Of a DNA stretch of 64,000 nt, positions 9,472 through 18,986 are shown in pieces. This DNA comes from Armatimonadota bacterium (GTDB taxonomy: Bacteria; Armatimonadota; Fimbriimonadia; Fimbriimonadales; Fimbriimonadaceae), in contig JAKOXK010000069.1 in assembly GCA_029781035.1 (NCBI GenBank), positions 26,266 to 90,265 of the forward strand. Direction: 5' to 3'. Below the pieces are notes generated by a model. The model saw nothing but the letters and a program-made list of their open reading frames with translations. It searched no databases and was not told where the DNA came from. The first letter of the stretch is position 1, and every line of letters starts with the position of its first letter. Made by a program: the position numbers and the translations under genes.

Positions 9472-10773
9472 ATGAAGACGTTCACAACAGTCTGGCTAGG
9501 ACAGATTGTGTCCCTGCTCGGATCCGGCTTGACGAACTTCGGGCTCGGCGTCTGGGTTTACCAGCAGACGGGGTCGGCAACGCTCTTCGCCACGATCGCC
9601 CTCTTTGCGATGCTCCCCGGCATTTTGGTGGCTCCGCTTGCAGGGATCATGGTAGACCGATGGGACAGGCGGGTGACCATGCTGGGCAGCGACGTTCTCT
9701 GCGGTCTCGCTGTCGCGGTGGCGGCCTGGCTGGTGATGAGGGGCGAGATGCGTGTGCCCCATGTGATGATCCTTGCAGCCTTTACTTCTGCCTGTTCGGC
9801 CTTCCAAGTACCAGCATACCAGGCGGCTGTGTCGACCCTTGTGCCCAAGGAGCAGCTCGGGCGTTCCGCCGGTATGGTTCAGATGGGGCAGGCTGTCGCG
9901 GATCTCGCTTCGCCTATCTTGGCGGGTGCCGCCTTCGCTTTGCTTCACCTCCAGGGGCTGATCTTCCTCGACTTCTGCAGTTTCCTCGTCGGTGCCGCCA
10001 CTTTGGCCTTTGTGCGGTTTCCGCAGGTTGTCAAAGAAAAGACCGATGCGGAGTCCAGGTCCAGCCTCAAGGAGGAGTTTGCCCAGGGATGGCGGTTCAT
10101 CCGACAGCGCCGCGGCCTCATGTACATGCTTGGTTACTTCGCGTCCCTCAACTTCCTGCTACCGATGGCAAGCGTGCTGTTCGGTCCGCTCGTGCTCAGC
10201 TTTTCCGGTCCGACCGGGTTGGGTACCACAATGTCGATCATGGGGATGGGCATGCTGGTCGGGAGCATTCTCGTGAGTGTCACAGGCGGGATCAAGAACA
10301 AAGTGGTCGGCGTTTTCACGTTTGGCGGTTTGCTCGGTCTGTTCATGGCTGGCGTCGGCCTGCACGCCGCCGTCTGGTCTACCGCTGCAGCCGGCTTCTT
10401 CTTGATGTTCTGTGCCCCGTTCACCAACGGTTGTAGTCAAGCGCTGTGGCAGTCCAAGGTGCCCCACGAACTCCAGGGCCGTGTCTTCTCAGTCCGCCGG
10501 ATGATTGCCCAGGGCACGGCTCCGATCGCAATGTTGTGCACGGGGCCCTTGGTCGACAAGGTGTTCGGACCCTTGATGATGCCCAACGGAGCGTTGGCCA
10601 GTTCGGTAGGCACTCTGATCGGAACGGGGCCTGGCCGCGGCGCCGGGTTGTGCTTCGTGGTCATGGGGGCGCTGACGTTGCTGGTGTCAACCGCTTTCCT
10701 GATGAGCCGGACGATGAGGCACCTTGAGAAAGACATTCCCGACGTGCAGCCACTGGCTCCAGCCGCGGCCTAA
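9472..10773 (+). CDS. MFS transporter (EntS/MFS_3-like efflux type)
   Basis: Multi-pass hydrophobic protein with about 12 predicted TM segments. Start moved to ATG 9472 (MKTFTTVWLGQIVSLLGSGL) from ORF-track start 9412. Confidence 0.8.
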   Translation: MKTFTTVWLGQIVSLLGSGLTNFGLGVWVYQQTGSATLFATIALFAMLPGILVAPLAGIMVDRWDRRVTMLGSDVLCGLAVAVAAWLVMRGEMRVPHVMILAAFTSACSAFQVPAYQAAVSTLVPKEQLGRSAGMVQMGQAVADLASPILAGAAFALLHLQGLIFLDFCSFLVGAATLAFVRFPQVVKEKTDAESRSSLKEEFAQGWRFIRQRRGLMYMLGYFASLNFLLPMASVLFGPLVLSFSGPTGLGTTMSIMGMGMLVGSILVSVTGGIKNKVVGVFTFGGLLGLFMAGVGLHAAVWSTAAAGFFLMFCAPFTNGCSQALWQSKVPHELQGRVFSVRRMIAQGTAPIAMLCTGPLVDKVFGPLMMPNGALASSVGTLIGTGPGRGAGLCFVVMGALTLLVSTAFLMSRTMRHLEKDIPDVQPLAPAAA

Positions 10774-10785
10774 GGCAGCTCGCGG

Positions 10786-11280
10786 CTATCGGTAGTTGAC
10801 AAAGTCCACCGGAAAGGCGAGCTCGAGGCCCTTGACGAACTGGATCGTCTTCTGCAGGTCGTCTTTGGCCTTGCTGCTGACGCGAACAGCGTCGCCTTGG
10901 ATCTGTGCGTTGACTTTCAGGCCCTTGTCCTTGATCTGTTTGACGAGGGACTTGGCCGCGTCTTGGGGGATCCCTTGCTTGAAGCCCAGCTTCTGTTTCA
11001 CGCTGACGCCGGGGCCCGGTTCGATTTTGCCGTACTCAAGGCTCCGTGCATCGACTCCCCGCTTGATCAGTTTGCTGAAGACGATGTCTCGCAGTTGATC
11101 CATCCGGAACTCATCGTCGGCGGTCATCGAAATCTCCTTGTCGTCAAACTCGATCTTCGCTGTCGTCCCGCGAAAGTCGTATCGGTTCTCCAACTCCTTG
11201 TGGGCCTGATTGAACGCGTTCTTGACCTCGGACATGTCGGCTTTGCTGACGATGTCGAAGCTGAACTCTTGAGTTGCCAT
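10786..11280 (-). CDS. yajQ: YajQ-family (UPF0234) nucleotide / c-di-GMP-binding protein
   Basis: FSFDIVSKADMSEVKNAFNQAHKELENRYDFRG...LKVNAQIQGDAVRVSSKAKDDLQ. Start taken at ATG 11280 (MATQEF). Confidence 0.85.
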   Translation of the reverse strand: MATQEFSFDIVSKADMSEVKNAFNQAHKELENRYDFRGTTAKIEFDDKEISMTADDEFRMDQLRDIVFSKLIKRGVDARSLEYGKIEPGPGVSVKQKLGFKQGIPQDAAKSLVKQIKDKGLKVNAQIQGDAVRVSSKAKDDLQKTIQFVKGLELAFPVDFVNYR

Positions 11281-11341
11281 GGCTCGTGAAGGTACCGGGC
11301 CCGGCACCCGGGCCCCAGGGACTCGTCGGAGCGACTTCGAC

Positions 11342-12715
11342 TCAGACGGTGGCCCGGGTCTTGGCGATCACGCTTTCCAGAAAAGCCGCGTTGTTCGGCA
11401 TCCGCTTCAGCAGTTTGATCAACTGGTCGGTCGCTTCGACATTGTCTTTGCTGTTGGCGAGAATTCGGTGAAGGTGGTAGACCGCTTCCAACTGATGCTT
11501 GTCGAAAAGCGCTTCCTCGTGCCGTGTCGAAGACGAGCGGACGTTGATCGCCGGCCAGATGCGGCGCTCGGCCAACTCGCGGTCGAGCACGATTTCACTG
11601 TTGCCGGTGCCCTTGAGTTCCTCGAAAATGTTCTCGTCCATCCGTGAGCCCGTCTCGATGAGGACCGTCGCGATGATCGTCAGGGATCCCCCTTCCTCGA
11701 TGTTGCGGGCTGCGCCGAAGAAGCGGCGTGGCCGGTAAAGGGCTGCGGGATCGAGGCCTCCCGAAAGCGTCCTGCCGCTGGGGGCGATGGTGAGGTTGCT
11801 GGCCCGGGACAGACGTGTGATCGAATCGAGGAGGATGACGACGTCTTTGCCCGTCTCGACCAGCCGCTTGGCCTGTTCGAGGCAGAGGTCGGTCACCCGC
11901 ATGTGGTTCTCGGCAGGTTCGTCGAACGTGCTCGAGATGACTTGACCTTTGACCGACCGTTTCATGTCGGTGACCTCTTCAGGCCGCTCGTCGACCAACA
12001 GCACCATCAAGTGGGCCTCGGGGTTGTTGCTGGTGATCGAGTTGGCGATCGACTTGAGGATGGTTGTCTTGCCCGCCTTTGGCGGGGCCACGATCAAAGC
12101 GCGCTGACCTTTGCCGATTGGGGCGATGAGGTCGACGATCCGCCCGATGATCCGGTCAGGCTCGGTCTCTTGCCTCAGGCGCTCCTTTGGGAACAGCGGT
12201 GTCAGTTCGTCGAAGTTGCGCCGGGTCATCATCTCCGGCGACTGCGTCCCAAACAGGTTGACGCTTTCTACGCGCAACATCCCGTGGTACTTCTCTCCCT
12301 CTTTCGGGGCTCTGACCTGTCCGTAGACGAAGTCACCCGGCCGGAGGCCAAAGCGCTTGACCTGAGACTGGCTGACGTAGACATCATCTACGGAGGGCTG
12401 ATAATTAGACTTCCTGAGAAAACCCCATCCGTCCGGAAGGATCTCAAGGACGCCCTTGCGGTAGAGGCACTCACTGTTGGTGACCTCAAGAAGCTGCTCG
12501 ATGACGGCTCCACGCTCTTGGTCGATGCTGATTTTGGCCTTCTTGGCGGCCTTCGCCAGCTCAGTGGCGGTCATCTTGTCAAAGTGGTTGTAATCGATTT
12601 CCGGCAGGTTCTCCAGATCGCTGGTCAGATCCATCCGCTCTTCGCGGTGGGGGCGGCGATGGCGGCGCTTCGATGGGCCACTGTCGGATTTACGGGTGCG
12701 AAATACGTGCGACAT
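11342..12715 (-). CDS. rho: Transcription termination factor Rho
   Basis: RNA-binding domain [17 protein letters not shown] and Walker [17 protein letters not shown], full-length. The alternative start ATG 12634 (MDLTSDL) would remove a 27-aa basic N-extension. Confidence 0.95.
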   Translation of the reverse strand: MSHVFRTRKSDSGPSKRRHRRPHREERMDLTSDLENLPEIDYNHFDKMTATELAKAAKKAKISIDQERGAVIEQLLEVTNSECLYRKGVLEILPDGWGFLRKSNYQPSVDDVYVSQSQVKRFGLRPGDFVYGQVRAPKEGEKYHGMLRVESVNLFGTQSPEMMTRRNFDELTPLFPKERLRQETEPDRIIGRIVDLIAPIGKGQRALIVAPPKAGKTTILKSIANSITSNNPEAHLMVLLVDERPEEVTDMKRSVKGQVISSTFDEPAENHMRVTDLCLEQAKRLVETGKDVVILLDSITRLSRASNLTIAPSGRTLSGGLDPAALYRPRRFFGAARNIEEGGSLTIIATVLIETGSRMDENIFEELKGTGNSEIVLDRELAERRIWPAINVRSSSTRHEEALFDKHQLEAVYHLHRILANSKDNVEATDQLIKLLKRMPNNAAFLESVIAKTRATV

Positions 12716-12769
12716 AAGGTGTCGGAATTCCCGAAACAGGTTGGGTTCTTTGAGAGAGTTGGACCGGTC

Positions 12770-13288
12770 TTAGTCCTTGAGGACTGCGATGAACGGGAGG
12801 TTGCGGAACTGCTCCGCGTGATCCAAACCATATCCTACCACGAATTGGTTCGGAATTTCAAAGCCCGTGAAATCGATTAGGGCCTCGTGTGTCCGAGCCT
12901 CAGGCTTGCTCAGCATGGCCACGACCCTCAGACTGGCGGGATGACGGGTGTTCAAGAGCTCAAGCAGGTGGGTCAGGGTCAGACCTGTGTCGACAATGTC
13001 CTCAACAATCAGGACGTGTTTGTCTTCAATGTTGAGGTCGTGGTCCTTCCTGATTTGAACGACGCCGCTGCTCGACTTGGCGTTGCCATAACTGCTGAAC
13101 TGAACGAAGTCGATCATGCACGGTGCCGTCAGTCGGCGTGACAGGTCACTGAGGAACTGGTACGAACCCTTGAGCACGCCGAGTAGGACGAGGGGCTCAC
13201 CACGGTAGTGCGCGTCGATCTCCGCCGCGAGCTCGTCACACCGGCGCTGGATCTGCTCGGCCGTCAGGAGGGGAGTCAGCGTCGGCAT
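12770..13288 (-). CDS. hpt: Hypoxanthine phosphoribosyltransferase
   Basis: PRPP-binding motif HVLIVEDIVDTGLTL; 172 aa, typical HPRT length. Confidence 0.9.
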   Translation of the reverse strand: MPTLTPLLTAEQIQRRCDELAAEIDAHYRGEPLVLLGVLKGSYQFLSDLSRRLTAPCMIDFVQFSSYGNAKSSSGVVQIRKDHDLNIEDKHVLIVEDIVDTGLTLTHLLELLNTRHPASLRVVAMLSKPEARTHEALIDFTGFEIPNQFVVGYGLDHAEQFRNLPFIAVLKD

Positions 13289-13319
13289 GCCAGGATTCTG
13301 GCACGACGTTCTTGGGGAC

Positions 13320-14264
13320 CTACCGAGCGATCAAAGGCTTCTCGCCCTTCAACGCCGCGATGTCTTCGGCCGACAGGGCCCAACCCAGGGCGCCCGCGTT
13401 CTCCTTGACCTGCGCGACCGACTTGACGCCGGTGAGGGCCAAGCTGTGCGGCACCGTTGACAACAGGAACCGGATGGCGACTTGCGCCGGCGTGCGTCCG
13501 AGCCGTTCGGCAGTCGCACGAAGGCGTACCAGGGCTGTTTGGTTCGCCTCGGCCTTGGCTCCGTGGAAGTTCTCGTAGACCAGGCGTGAGCGGCGGTCGT
13601 CATCGCCGAACGTCTGTCCGGGCGCGTACTTGCCGCTCAAGAGGCCTTGGGCCAGGCTGCCCCATGACCAGAACGACAGTCCCCACTGTCGCTGCACCTG
13701 GCCGATGAACAGTTCGTTGTCGCGGTCGACGAGGCTGTGCTGCATCTGGAAGGAAACCACGAAGTCTGGCAAGTTCCGCAAGGCCAGCATCGACTCGGGA
13801 ACGTTGGAAATGCCGACCCAGCGGATCTTGCCTTGCGACCTCAATTCCTCGAGCGTCGCAAAGATGTCGTCCCAGTCCGTGACAGCGTCCCAATAATGCA
13901 CCTGGTACACGTCGATGACGTCGGTACTCAGGCGACGCAGGCTGTCTTCGCAGGCCTGACGGATCCAGCCGGGCGAATTGTCAAACCAGGTCTTGCCGCC
14001 AGCGTGTCGCACTCCGAACTTCGTTGCGACCACGGCATCGCCTCTGCGCACGGCCAGCACGCGTGCCAGGGCCTCCTCAGAGCGGCCCAGGCCGTAGACG
14101 TCGGCCGTGTCGAAAAGGTTGATCCCGTCGTCTAAAGCGAGGTGGGCGGCCCTCAGGATCTCCTCTTGGTCGACGGTGCCCCAATCGTGACCGCCAAGCG
14201 GGCAACACCCGAAACCGACGCGGCTGACCTGCAAGGCACCTCCGGCGAGGCTAAGGTGCTCCAT
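13320..14264 (-). CDS. Aldo/keto reductase
   Basis: GFGCCPLGGHDWG and LFDTADVYGLGRSEE motifs. Start trimmed to ATG 14264 (MEHLSLAGG); the longer ORF-track N-terminus is Arg/Ser-rich and overlaps the upstream gene. Confidence 0.8.
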   Translation of the reverse strand: MEHLSLAGGALQVSRVGFGCCPLGGHDWGTVDQEEILRAAHLALDDGINLFDTADVYGLGRSEEALARVLAVRRGDAVVATKFGVRHAGGKTWFDNSPGWIRQACEDSLRRLSTDVIDVYQVHYWDAVTDWDDIFATLEELRSQGKIRWVGISNVPESMLALRNLPDFVVSFQMQHSLVDRDNELFIGQVQRQWGLSFWSWGSLAQGLLSGKYAPGQTFGDDDRRSRLVYENFHGAKAEANQTALVRLRATAERLGRTPAQVAIRFLLSTVPHSLALTGVKSVAQVKENAGALGWALSAEDIAALKGEKPLIAR

Positions 14265-14913
14265 GGGCTCCTCGGCCCTCGACCGGAGCCGCCCGCCGCA
14301 CCGCCTTCTTGAGCAACACGGCAAAAGTCTGGAAGAGGATCTGGCAGTCGAGTGCCAGACTCGAATGTTGGGCGTAGTAAAGCCTGAGCTCGTTCTTCTT
14401 CGCCAAGACGTGCCGTTCGTAGGCTTCGTCGGCGTCGTCGCTGCCGACAATCTCGTCGAGCGAAGAGAAGTGGATCGAACTCAGGTCGGTGATACCCGGC
14501 TTGACGTCCAAGATGACACGCAGCCGCTCGTCGTACTGGTCTGTGTACCGGGCGAGTTCGGGGCGAGGGCCGACAAAGCTCATCTCCCCAACAAGGACGT
14601 TCCAAAGTTGGGGCAGTTCATCCAACTTGAGGCCACGAAGCCGGTGTCCGATCCGTGTGATCCGCGGGTCGCCCAGCGCAGTCGTCCCGCCGCCCAGGCT
14701 TTCCGCGTCCACCACCATCGTCCGAAACTTCATGATCCGGAACGGTCGTCCGTGGAGGCCCGTCCGCGTTCCGCGGTACAGGACGGGGCCCCTCGACCCG
14801 ACCTTGATCAGGATGGCGATGGCGGCCAGGACGGGAGACAAGACGACGAGGCCCAGCACAGCGAGGACGACGTCAGCAGTCCTCTTCACAAACTTGTGGA
14901 CCGCTTTGGCCAT
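14251..14913 (-). CDS. Small (PglC/WbaP C-terminal type) polyprenyl-phosphate sugar-phosphate transferase
   Basis: KRTADVVLAVLGLVVLSPVLAAIAILIK, RPFRIMKFRTM and LDELPQLWNVLVGEMSFVGPRPE motifs. Start taken at ATG 14913. Confidence 0.85.
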   Translation of the reverse strand: MAKAVHKFVKRTADVVLAVLGLVVLSPVLAAIAILIKVGSRGPVLYRGTRTGLHGRPFRIMKFRTMVVDAESLGGGTTALGDPRITRIGHRLRGLKLDELPQLWNVLVGEMSFVGPRPELARYTDQYDERLRVILDVKPGITDLSSIHFSSLDEIVGSDDADEAYERHVLAKKNELRLYYAQHSSLALDCQILFQTFAVLLKKAVRRAAPVEGRGAHGAP

Positions 14914-14917
14914 GGAC

Positions 14918-15736
14918 TCACGAGACCCTAAAATAACAGCCGCCACGGCCATCGAGGACGATCTCTGGCTCGAGCCCGTTCGTCTCAATAAACTCGTCAA
15001 CGGCCTTTTTGCAGCCATAGCAGCTCTCGTAATCGTCGACGACGACGTACCCGCCTGGCACGACCTGGCCGTACAAGTTCTCCAGACAAACCTTCGTGGA
15101 CTCGTACCAGTCGCCGTCGATCCGGAGCAGGGCGATGGGGCCGATCTTGTCCTTGACTACCGGCACCGTGTCTTGGAACCAGCCCTTGACTAGTTCGACG
15201 CCCTCCTCGGGAAGATGGAACCGGGAGAACAGCGTCTGCTTGACGTCGTCCACAGTTCCCAAGCACGAACCCTTCGGCAAGGGTCGCACGTGTTCGCCGG
15301 TCTTCCCGTCCACGTAGTCTTCCTCGGTGGCGTCTGGCAAACCTTCGAAAGAGTCGAACAGCCATAATCTGCGCCCGTTGACCCCATGTTCAAACGCAGC
15401 CTTGCCCAGGAGCGCGGCTGCTCCGCCACGCGCCACGCCGAGTTCGACGTAGTTGCCACCGACTTTTTCGTCGTTGAGGGTGAGGCCCAACCGGTAGGTC
15501 GCCTCCAAACCTTTGATGCCGACGAGGGAGTACGGAATGGCCCGCAAGACCTCCGCACAGACTTCTGCGTCCTGTTTTCGGCCCGTCAAGCGGCAAGAAA
15601 CCATTTTGAGTTGGTACTTGGCTTTGAGCAACCAGCGGTATGTGGATAGCGCCGCCGCCAACAACGGGTCGAAGACCTTCTTGGGCAGCACCTTCTCGAG
15701 TGAATCCAGAATCCGTTTGGCTACGCGGCGAAACAT
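14918..15736 (-). CDS. TylF/MycF-family class I SAM-dependent O-methyltransferase
   Basis: LRIDGDWYESTKVCLENLYGQVVPGGYVVVDDY is characteristic of macrocin-O-methyltransferase-like proteins. Start trimmed to ATG 15736 (MFRRVAKRIL). Confidence 0.75.
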   Translation of the reverse strand: MFRRVAKRILDSLEKVLPKKVFDPLLAAALSTYRWLLKAKYQLKMVSCRLTGRKQDAEVCAEVLRAIPYSLVGIKGLEATYRLGLTLNDEKVGGNYVELGVARGGAAALLGKAAFEHGVNGRRLWLFDSFEGLPDATEEDYVDGKTGEHVRPLPKGSCLGTVDDVKQTLFSRFHLPEEGVELVKGWFQDTVPVVKDKIGPIALLRIDGDWYESTKVCLENLYGQVVPGGYVVVDDYESCYGCKKAVDEFIETNGLEPEIVLDGRGGCYFRVS

Positions 15737-15842
15737 GACGACACCTGCCTTATACCAGACGGTCGAAGTCGGCCCAGTGTGCCACGCAGGCGGCGGTCCC
15801 TGACAGACAGGATCAGGGCTGTGAGGTGAAAAATTGGAGCGC

Positions 15843-16295
15843 TCATTCAGCTTTACAAGACAGTTTCGGTTCGACTCCCTTCCTTCTTGAGGCCGACGCG
15901 CACGAATGAACGGTCTCGAACACGCTGACCGAAACTCCCGTGATGTGTTCTCTGGCGAACAAGGAAACCTCAAGCTGTCCTACGATCCAGTCGGCAATGT
16001 TTTCGGCCGTCGAGTAGAACGGAACAAGTGTGGTCTTGAGGCCGTTCTCGCAGAGGAATCGGGACAGGGACTCGTCGCTGGGGTCGACCATGAACGAATG
16101 GTCAAGTCTCTCGACGATCGGCTTGACGAGCGTGGAAAGCTCACCAAAATCGAGGATCATCCCCGTGTCGTCCACGGCTCCCTCGACTTCCACCACCATC
16201 CGGTACGAATGCCCATGGAGGTTGCGGCAAGTATCGTGGTAGGGCAACCGGTGGCCCATCTCCCAACGGAACTCCTTTGAGACTTTGACCGACAT
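15843..16295 (-). CDS. queD: 6-carboxy-5,6,7,8-tetrahydropterin synthase (PTPS/QueD family)
   Basis: FRWEMGHRLPYHDTCRNLHGHSY shows the Zn-binding His pattern; 150 aa. Confidence 0.85.
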   Translation of the reverse strand: MSVKVSKEFRWEMGHRLPYHDTCRNLHGHSYRMVVEVEGAVDDTGMILDFGELSTLVKPIVERLDHSFMVDPSDESLSRFLCENGLKTTLVPFYSTAENIADWIVGQLEVSLFAREHITGVSVSVFETVHSCASASRRKGVEPKLSCKAE

Positions 16296-16332
16296 GGGAA
16301 CGGGGGGATTTTAGCGCACCCCGGCCACCGGC

Positions 16333-17115
16333 TCACGGCCCCGCGAGCTTCCTGAAGTACTCCTCGGTGAAGAGCGGATCGAGCTTCCCATAGAAACCGA
16401 TGGTGATCGTCGCCTTCTTCATGAGCGGCTCATAGGTGTCGGCGAGCCTCCAGAACCGCTTCCCGCCCGTGAAGAGGTTTTCGACCATCATGTTGAAGTC
16501 TTCTTCGACGCTCGCTTCCGAGTACTGCGTCAGGAGGCCGGTCTTGGCCAGTTCGCCGTCGATCTCTGTGTTGTCCACGCCTGTACGCAAGGCACTGATC
16601 CCCCCGTCGCCGTACTTGAATCCAACGGGATTGGCGCCTCGCCAGCCCTTTTCGTCAAAGAAGGCCGAATGGTTTCTCAAGAGGATGCTGCTGAACTCGT
16701 GGTGAAAACTGCCTTCGAAGAACCGGTCCGTGTAGCCCATCGCGGGCGTGTCGTTTGTCAAGTAGACCGTGTCGCTCGAGTTGGTGCCGCCGTAGTCGAG
16801 TCCATAAAAGTTGATCTTCTTGCACACGTACACGCGACTCAGTTCAGTCTTCAGGAGCTTAACGGGATACAGGGCCATCGCCTTCTTCAAGAGGTCGCTC
16901 GACCGCTGGCGCTGAGTGTCCTCCAGACTGACCGCCTTGGCATTGATTTGGGGCGTGAGCCAATCAGTAGGGAACATTCCGTCCTCCGCGACGAAGATGA
17001 CCGGGATGTGAGTCCGCAGATCCTCAACCCGGTCAGGAGCCGCTTTGGGCATCTGGGCCGTTGCTGTGCCGGCCAACAGGGCCACCAGCAAGAAGGACGG
17101 CATGAATCTTCGCAT
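16333..17115 (-). CDS. Hypothetical secreted protein
   Basis: Start trimmed to ATG 17115 (MRRFMPSFLLVALLAGTATAQ signal peptide). Contains HHEFSSILL, which looks like a degenerate HExxH context. Family not identified. Confidence 0.5.
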   Translation of the reverse strand: MRRFMPSFLLVALLAGTATAQMPKAAPDRVEDLRTHIPVIFVAEDGMFPTDWLTPQINAKAVSLEDTQRQRSSDLLKKAMALYPVKLLKTELSRVYVCKKINFYGLDYGGTNSSDTVYLTNDTPAMGYTDRFFEGSFHHEFSSILLRNHSAFFDEKGWRGANPVGFKYGDGGISALRTGVDNTEIDGELAKTGLLTQYSEASVEEDFNMMVENLFTGGKRFWRLADTYEPLMKKATITIGFYGKLDPLFTEEYFRKLAGP

Positions 17116-17186
17116 CTCTCTCAGTCGGGACGGACGCGTCCCCCCACCATTGTCGGTCGGGCCACGTTCGAGCCTTAAGGATCGGG

Positions 17187-18713
17187 TCATTCCCATTCGA
17201 TCGTCGCTGGAGGCTTGCTGGTCAGGTCGTAAAGGACGCGGTTGACACCCTGTACTTCGTTCACGATGCGGTTGCACACATGTTCAAGGAACTCAAAGGG
17301 GAACGGGTAGGCCTGGGCCGTCATGGCGTCTTCACTCTGGACGGCCCGCAGAACGATCGGGTTCTCGTAGGTGCGCTCGTCACCCATGACCCCGACGCTC
17401 CGGACATCGAGAAGCGCTGCGTAGGACTGCCAAATCCCCTTCTGGAGACCGTGCTTCAGGATTTCGGTCCGGAAGATCCAGTCCGCCTCTTGCGTGATCC
17501 GGACCCGGTCAGGCGTCACTTCTCCCAGAATGCGCACAGCCAGGCCTGGGCCTGGGAAAGGCTCGCGGTCGACCACGTCGTCGGGTAGGCCGAGTTGACG
17601 CCCGACTTCGCGCACTTCATCCTTGAAGAGCCACTTCAGAGGCTCGATGACCTCCATCCGCATCCAGTCGGGAAGGCCACCGACGTTGTGATGGGTCTTG
17701 ATCTTGGCTGCGGTCGGAGACCCTGACTCGATGACGTCCGGATAGAGTGTCCCTTGGGCGAGGAAACGGCAGCCCTTGAGTTCATCGGCGTGCTCTTCGA
17801 AGCAGCGGACGAATTCGGCCCCGATGGTCTTCCTCTTCGTTTCCGGCTCAGTGACGCCCTTGAGTGCGCTGAAGAACCGGTCTGCAGCCCGAATGACGAC
17901 GAGGTGCGGGTGGAAGGTCTTGCTGAACGTTTCAATGACCTGTTCAGCCTCTCGGTGTCGCAAGAGGCCATGGTCAACGAACACACAGACGGCCCTGGCT
18001 CCAATCGCTTGGGTGAGCAAGGCCGCCATCACACTGGAATCCACCCCGCCCGACACCGCGCACAGGACTTGCTCGTCGCCGACCCGTTCCCGGATCCGGT
18101 GAATCTCGTCGCTGATGAAGTTCTGGCTCGTCCAGTCGCCATCAAGCCCCGCAACATCGAAGAGGAAGCGCCTCAATATCCGGCGCCCGTCCGGCGTGTG
18201 GCTGACTTCTGGATGGAACTGCACGCCGTACTGGCGTTCATCGCGGTTCTCGAACGACGCGACGCGGCATGTGTCCGTCTGGGCCGTTGTGACGAAACCG
18301 GAGGGCGATTCCTCCACTTGGTCGCCGTGACTCATCCAAACCTGGTCGTTGGCGAGCCCGTCCACCAGGGAGGACGCCCGAACTCCCGTCAAGTGTCGAC
18401 GACCGTATTCCTTCTCGCTGGCTGAGACGACACGCCCACCGAGCCGATGAGCCATCAATTGCAGGCCATAGCAGATACCGAGGGTCGGGACGCCCTTGAT
18501 CAGCGAGAAGTCGAGGTTGGGGGCTCCTTCCTCCAGAACCGACCGGGGTCCGCCCGACAGGATCACCGCACTCGGACGACTCTCGCGAAGGCGCTCGGCC
18601 GCCTTCGTCCACGGAACCATTTCGGAGTAACAGCCCAACTCGCGGACGCGGCGGACGATGAGTTGCGTGTACTGACCGCCGAAGTCGATGACCAGAACAA
18701 GCTGGTGCCTCAT
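17187..18713 (-). CDS. guaA: GMP synthase (glutamine-hydrolysing)
   Basis: GATase-1 domain, ATP-pyrophosphatase P-loop SGGVDSSV, and the C-terminal dimerisation domain ending PPATIEWE. Confidence 0.95.
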   Translation of the reverse strand: MRHQLVLVIDFGGQYTQLIVRRVRELGCYSEMVPWTKAAERLRESRPSAVILSGGPRSVLEEGAPNLDFSLIKGVPTLGICYGLQLMAHRLGGRVVSASEKEYGRRHLTGVRASSLVDGLANDQVWMSHGDQVEESPSGFVTTAQTDTCRVASFENRDERQYGVQFHPEVSHTPDGRRILRRFLFDVAGLDGDWTSQNFISDEIHRIRERVGDEQVLCAVSGGVDSSVMAALLTQAIGARAVCVFVDHGLLRHREAEQVIETFSKTFHPHLVVIRAADRFFSALKGVTEPETKRKTIGAEFVRCFEEHADELKGCRFLAQGTLYPDVIESGSPTAAKIKTHHNVGGLPDWMRMEVIEPLKWLFKDEVREVGRQLGLPDDVVDREPFPGPGLAVRILGEVTPDRVRITQEADWIFRTEILKHGLQKGIWQSYAALLDVRSVGVMGDERTYENPIVLRAVQSEDAMTAQAYPFPFEFLEHVCNRIVNEVQGVNRVLYDLTSKPPATIEWE

Positions 18714-18986
18714 GGAAGCGGCCAGTTTAGCTGATGAACCGTCCCAGCGAACGGGCTCGCGGTCCTAGTCCAAGACGGGGAATCGCGGTTCTGGCCCGAA
18801 AGTTGCTGGGTCAAGGACGTGGCCTTCCGCATTATCGCGATCCTTGCCGTTCTCTTGAGCGCTGCTGTCGCTGCCCACGCCGCCGGTCTCCAGTCAACCG
18901 TCGAGACAGCCCGACAATCGGCCGGCGGCTTTCTCCCCTTAGCCCTTGCCATCAGCTATTGGATCTCGCGCAGATCCGGCTAGGCC

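Noticed and set aside
11903-12880. 325-aa plus-strand ORF
   Set aside because: Antisense to the well-supported rho gene. Composition is shadow-like (Arg/Leu/Asp/Gly-rich) with no motifs.
16296-16332. preQ1-I riboswitch in front of queD
   Set aside because: The minus-sense CCGGGGUGCGCUAAAAUCCCC hairpin superficially resembles the preQ1-I stem-loop. It lacks the A-rich 3' tail and sits only about 8 nt from the ATG, so there is too little sequence for the pseudoknot.
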